Shown piece after piece: positions 63,202-64,000 of a DNA stretch of 64,000 nt. The stretch covers positions 20,920 to 84,919 of IMG/VR virus record IMGVR_UViG_3300017971_000250. One strand, written 5' to 3'. The number at the start of each line of letters is the position of its first letter. Within the stretch, counting starts at the first letter, position 1. This stretch comes from a virus. Below the pieces are notes generated by a model. It had not been told where the DNA came from and did not search any database. It saw only the letters and a list, made by a program, of their open reading frames with translations. A program made the position numbers and the translations under genes.

Positions 63202-63663
63202 ATGTCGCGGAACGAGTTTGAGAGGAAGATGTCGATTTGCGACCACCTCAATATGCTGATCGGCGCGTTCAATACGGCGCGGGAGCACTGCGTCACGATC
63301 AACGGGCTGCTACCCGAGAACCCCGATTATCTGGATCCCGTGATCGCCCGAATCGATCAGGTCCTCCACACCGAGCCCTACAACCTCATGCAGCGACTCC
63401 AGGACATCCAGCAAGAGCGGCAGGACCTTTGGGATGAGCTTCAGGCGCAGGTCGATCTGGAATGGCTCCCGGGACCCGACTCCGAATTCCCGGGCGGGAT
63501 GGATCCCTTCTACGCCGTCGCCGCCGACCTGGACGCTGGACGACGCGACGCGCGCGATATGGTCTACGCCGACGCCGCGCGCGAGGTGAAGATATCGCGG
63601 AACGGAAACCTGATCGGGACCGTGACGAAGATCGACGGCAAGGTGGTCGAGATTCCTGCTTAG
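63202..63663 (+). CDS. Hypothetical early protein, paralog B
   Basis: Shares EFER, WLPGP, AAREV and EIP with paralog A. Confidence 0.8.
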   Translation: MSRNEFERKMSICDHLNMLIGAFNTAREHCVTINGLLPENPDYLDPVIARIDQVLHTEPYNLMQRLQDIQQERQDLWDELQAQVDLEWLPGPDSEFPGGMDPFYAVAADLDAGRRDARDMVYADAAREVKISRNGNLIGTVTKIDGKVVEIPA

Positions 63664-63684
63664 CGTCGGACCTAACCCCCCGAC

Positions 63685-63743
63685 GCCGCCACCCGCCCTG
63701 AACCCTGGTGGTTCCTCCGGGGAAGGGGCGGGCGGCATTATTT
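63685..63743 (+). terminator. Possible intrinsic terminator
   Basis: GC-rich stem with a large loop followed by ATTATTT, just before promoter copy 3. Confidence 0.4.
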
Positions 63744-63756
63744 CTAGGCCGCTATC

Positions 63757-63890
63757 TGGCGGCGTCCCTACGAGATAGGAGAAAGTTGCGGGGAGGGCGA
63801 AGACTTCTCTTTACTTTCGACCGCCCCGGTCCGATAATGATGGTGGTTGGGGAAGGGACCCCGGCCGGAACCGAGGAGGAACCGATGAAG
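63757..63890 (+). promoter_or_regulatory. Repeated early promoter-leader module, copy 3
   Basis: TTTACT-N17-GATAAT (63810-63838); leader nearly identical to copy 1. Confidence 0.8.
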
Positions 63891-64000
63891 ACCAGAAGCC
63901 AGAGCCAGACGAAGGGAACGGGGATCCCCCGCACGCAGAACCGCGAGTGGGGTTTCTTCGGAACCTGCAGCAGCGCGAACCGCGCAAACCCCGAGGCCGA
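63885..64000 (+). CDS. Hypothetical early protein, truncated by the window edge
   Basis: GAGGAGGAACCG-ATG; MKTRSQSQTKGTGIPRTQNREWGFFGT. Confidence 0.65.
   Translation, partial: MKTRSQSQTKGTGIPRTQNREWGFFGTCSSANRANPEA

Overview
The window is a 64-kb segment of a high-GC tailed-phage (myovirus-like) genome. Almost everything from 1 to 61.9 kb is on the minus strand. Right to left it carries terminase, an intein-containing portal, a MuF minor-head protein with kinase and ART-like extensions, a DNA-methyltransferase/prohead-protease polyprotein, scaffold, major capsid, neck genes, a contractile tail (sheath, tube, frameshifted chaperone, tape measure), baseplate, fibre/tailspike genes and a lysis cassette. 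After these come an SF2 helicase, a candidate replication origin, DnaB, primase, a MoxR-AAA/vWA pair, a sigma-like factor and a phage DnaE (Pol III alpha) that runs off the left edge. Divergent small plus-strand genes, driven by a repeated promoter-leader module, start at about 62.1 kb. The most striking observation is the DnaE intein (863-2068). It has no in-frame endonuclease; instead a complete Zn-finger/PD-(D/E)xK nuclease gene (907-1872) is overprinted in the +1 frame, while the intein frame stays open throughout (checked codon by codon). Other notable items are an HNH gene that appears to have taken over the tape-measure start, enzyme cargo fused to head-morphogenesis proteins, and an RBS-sequestering hairpin on another HNH gene. 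No integrase, tRNA, CRISPR array or reverse transcriptase was recognised. All calls come from motif reading by eye; no database search was run.
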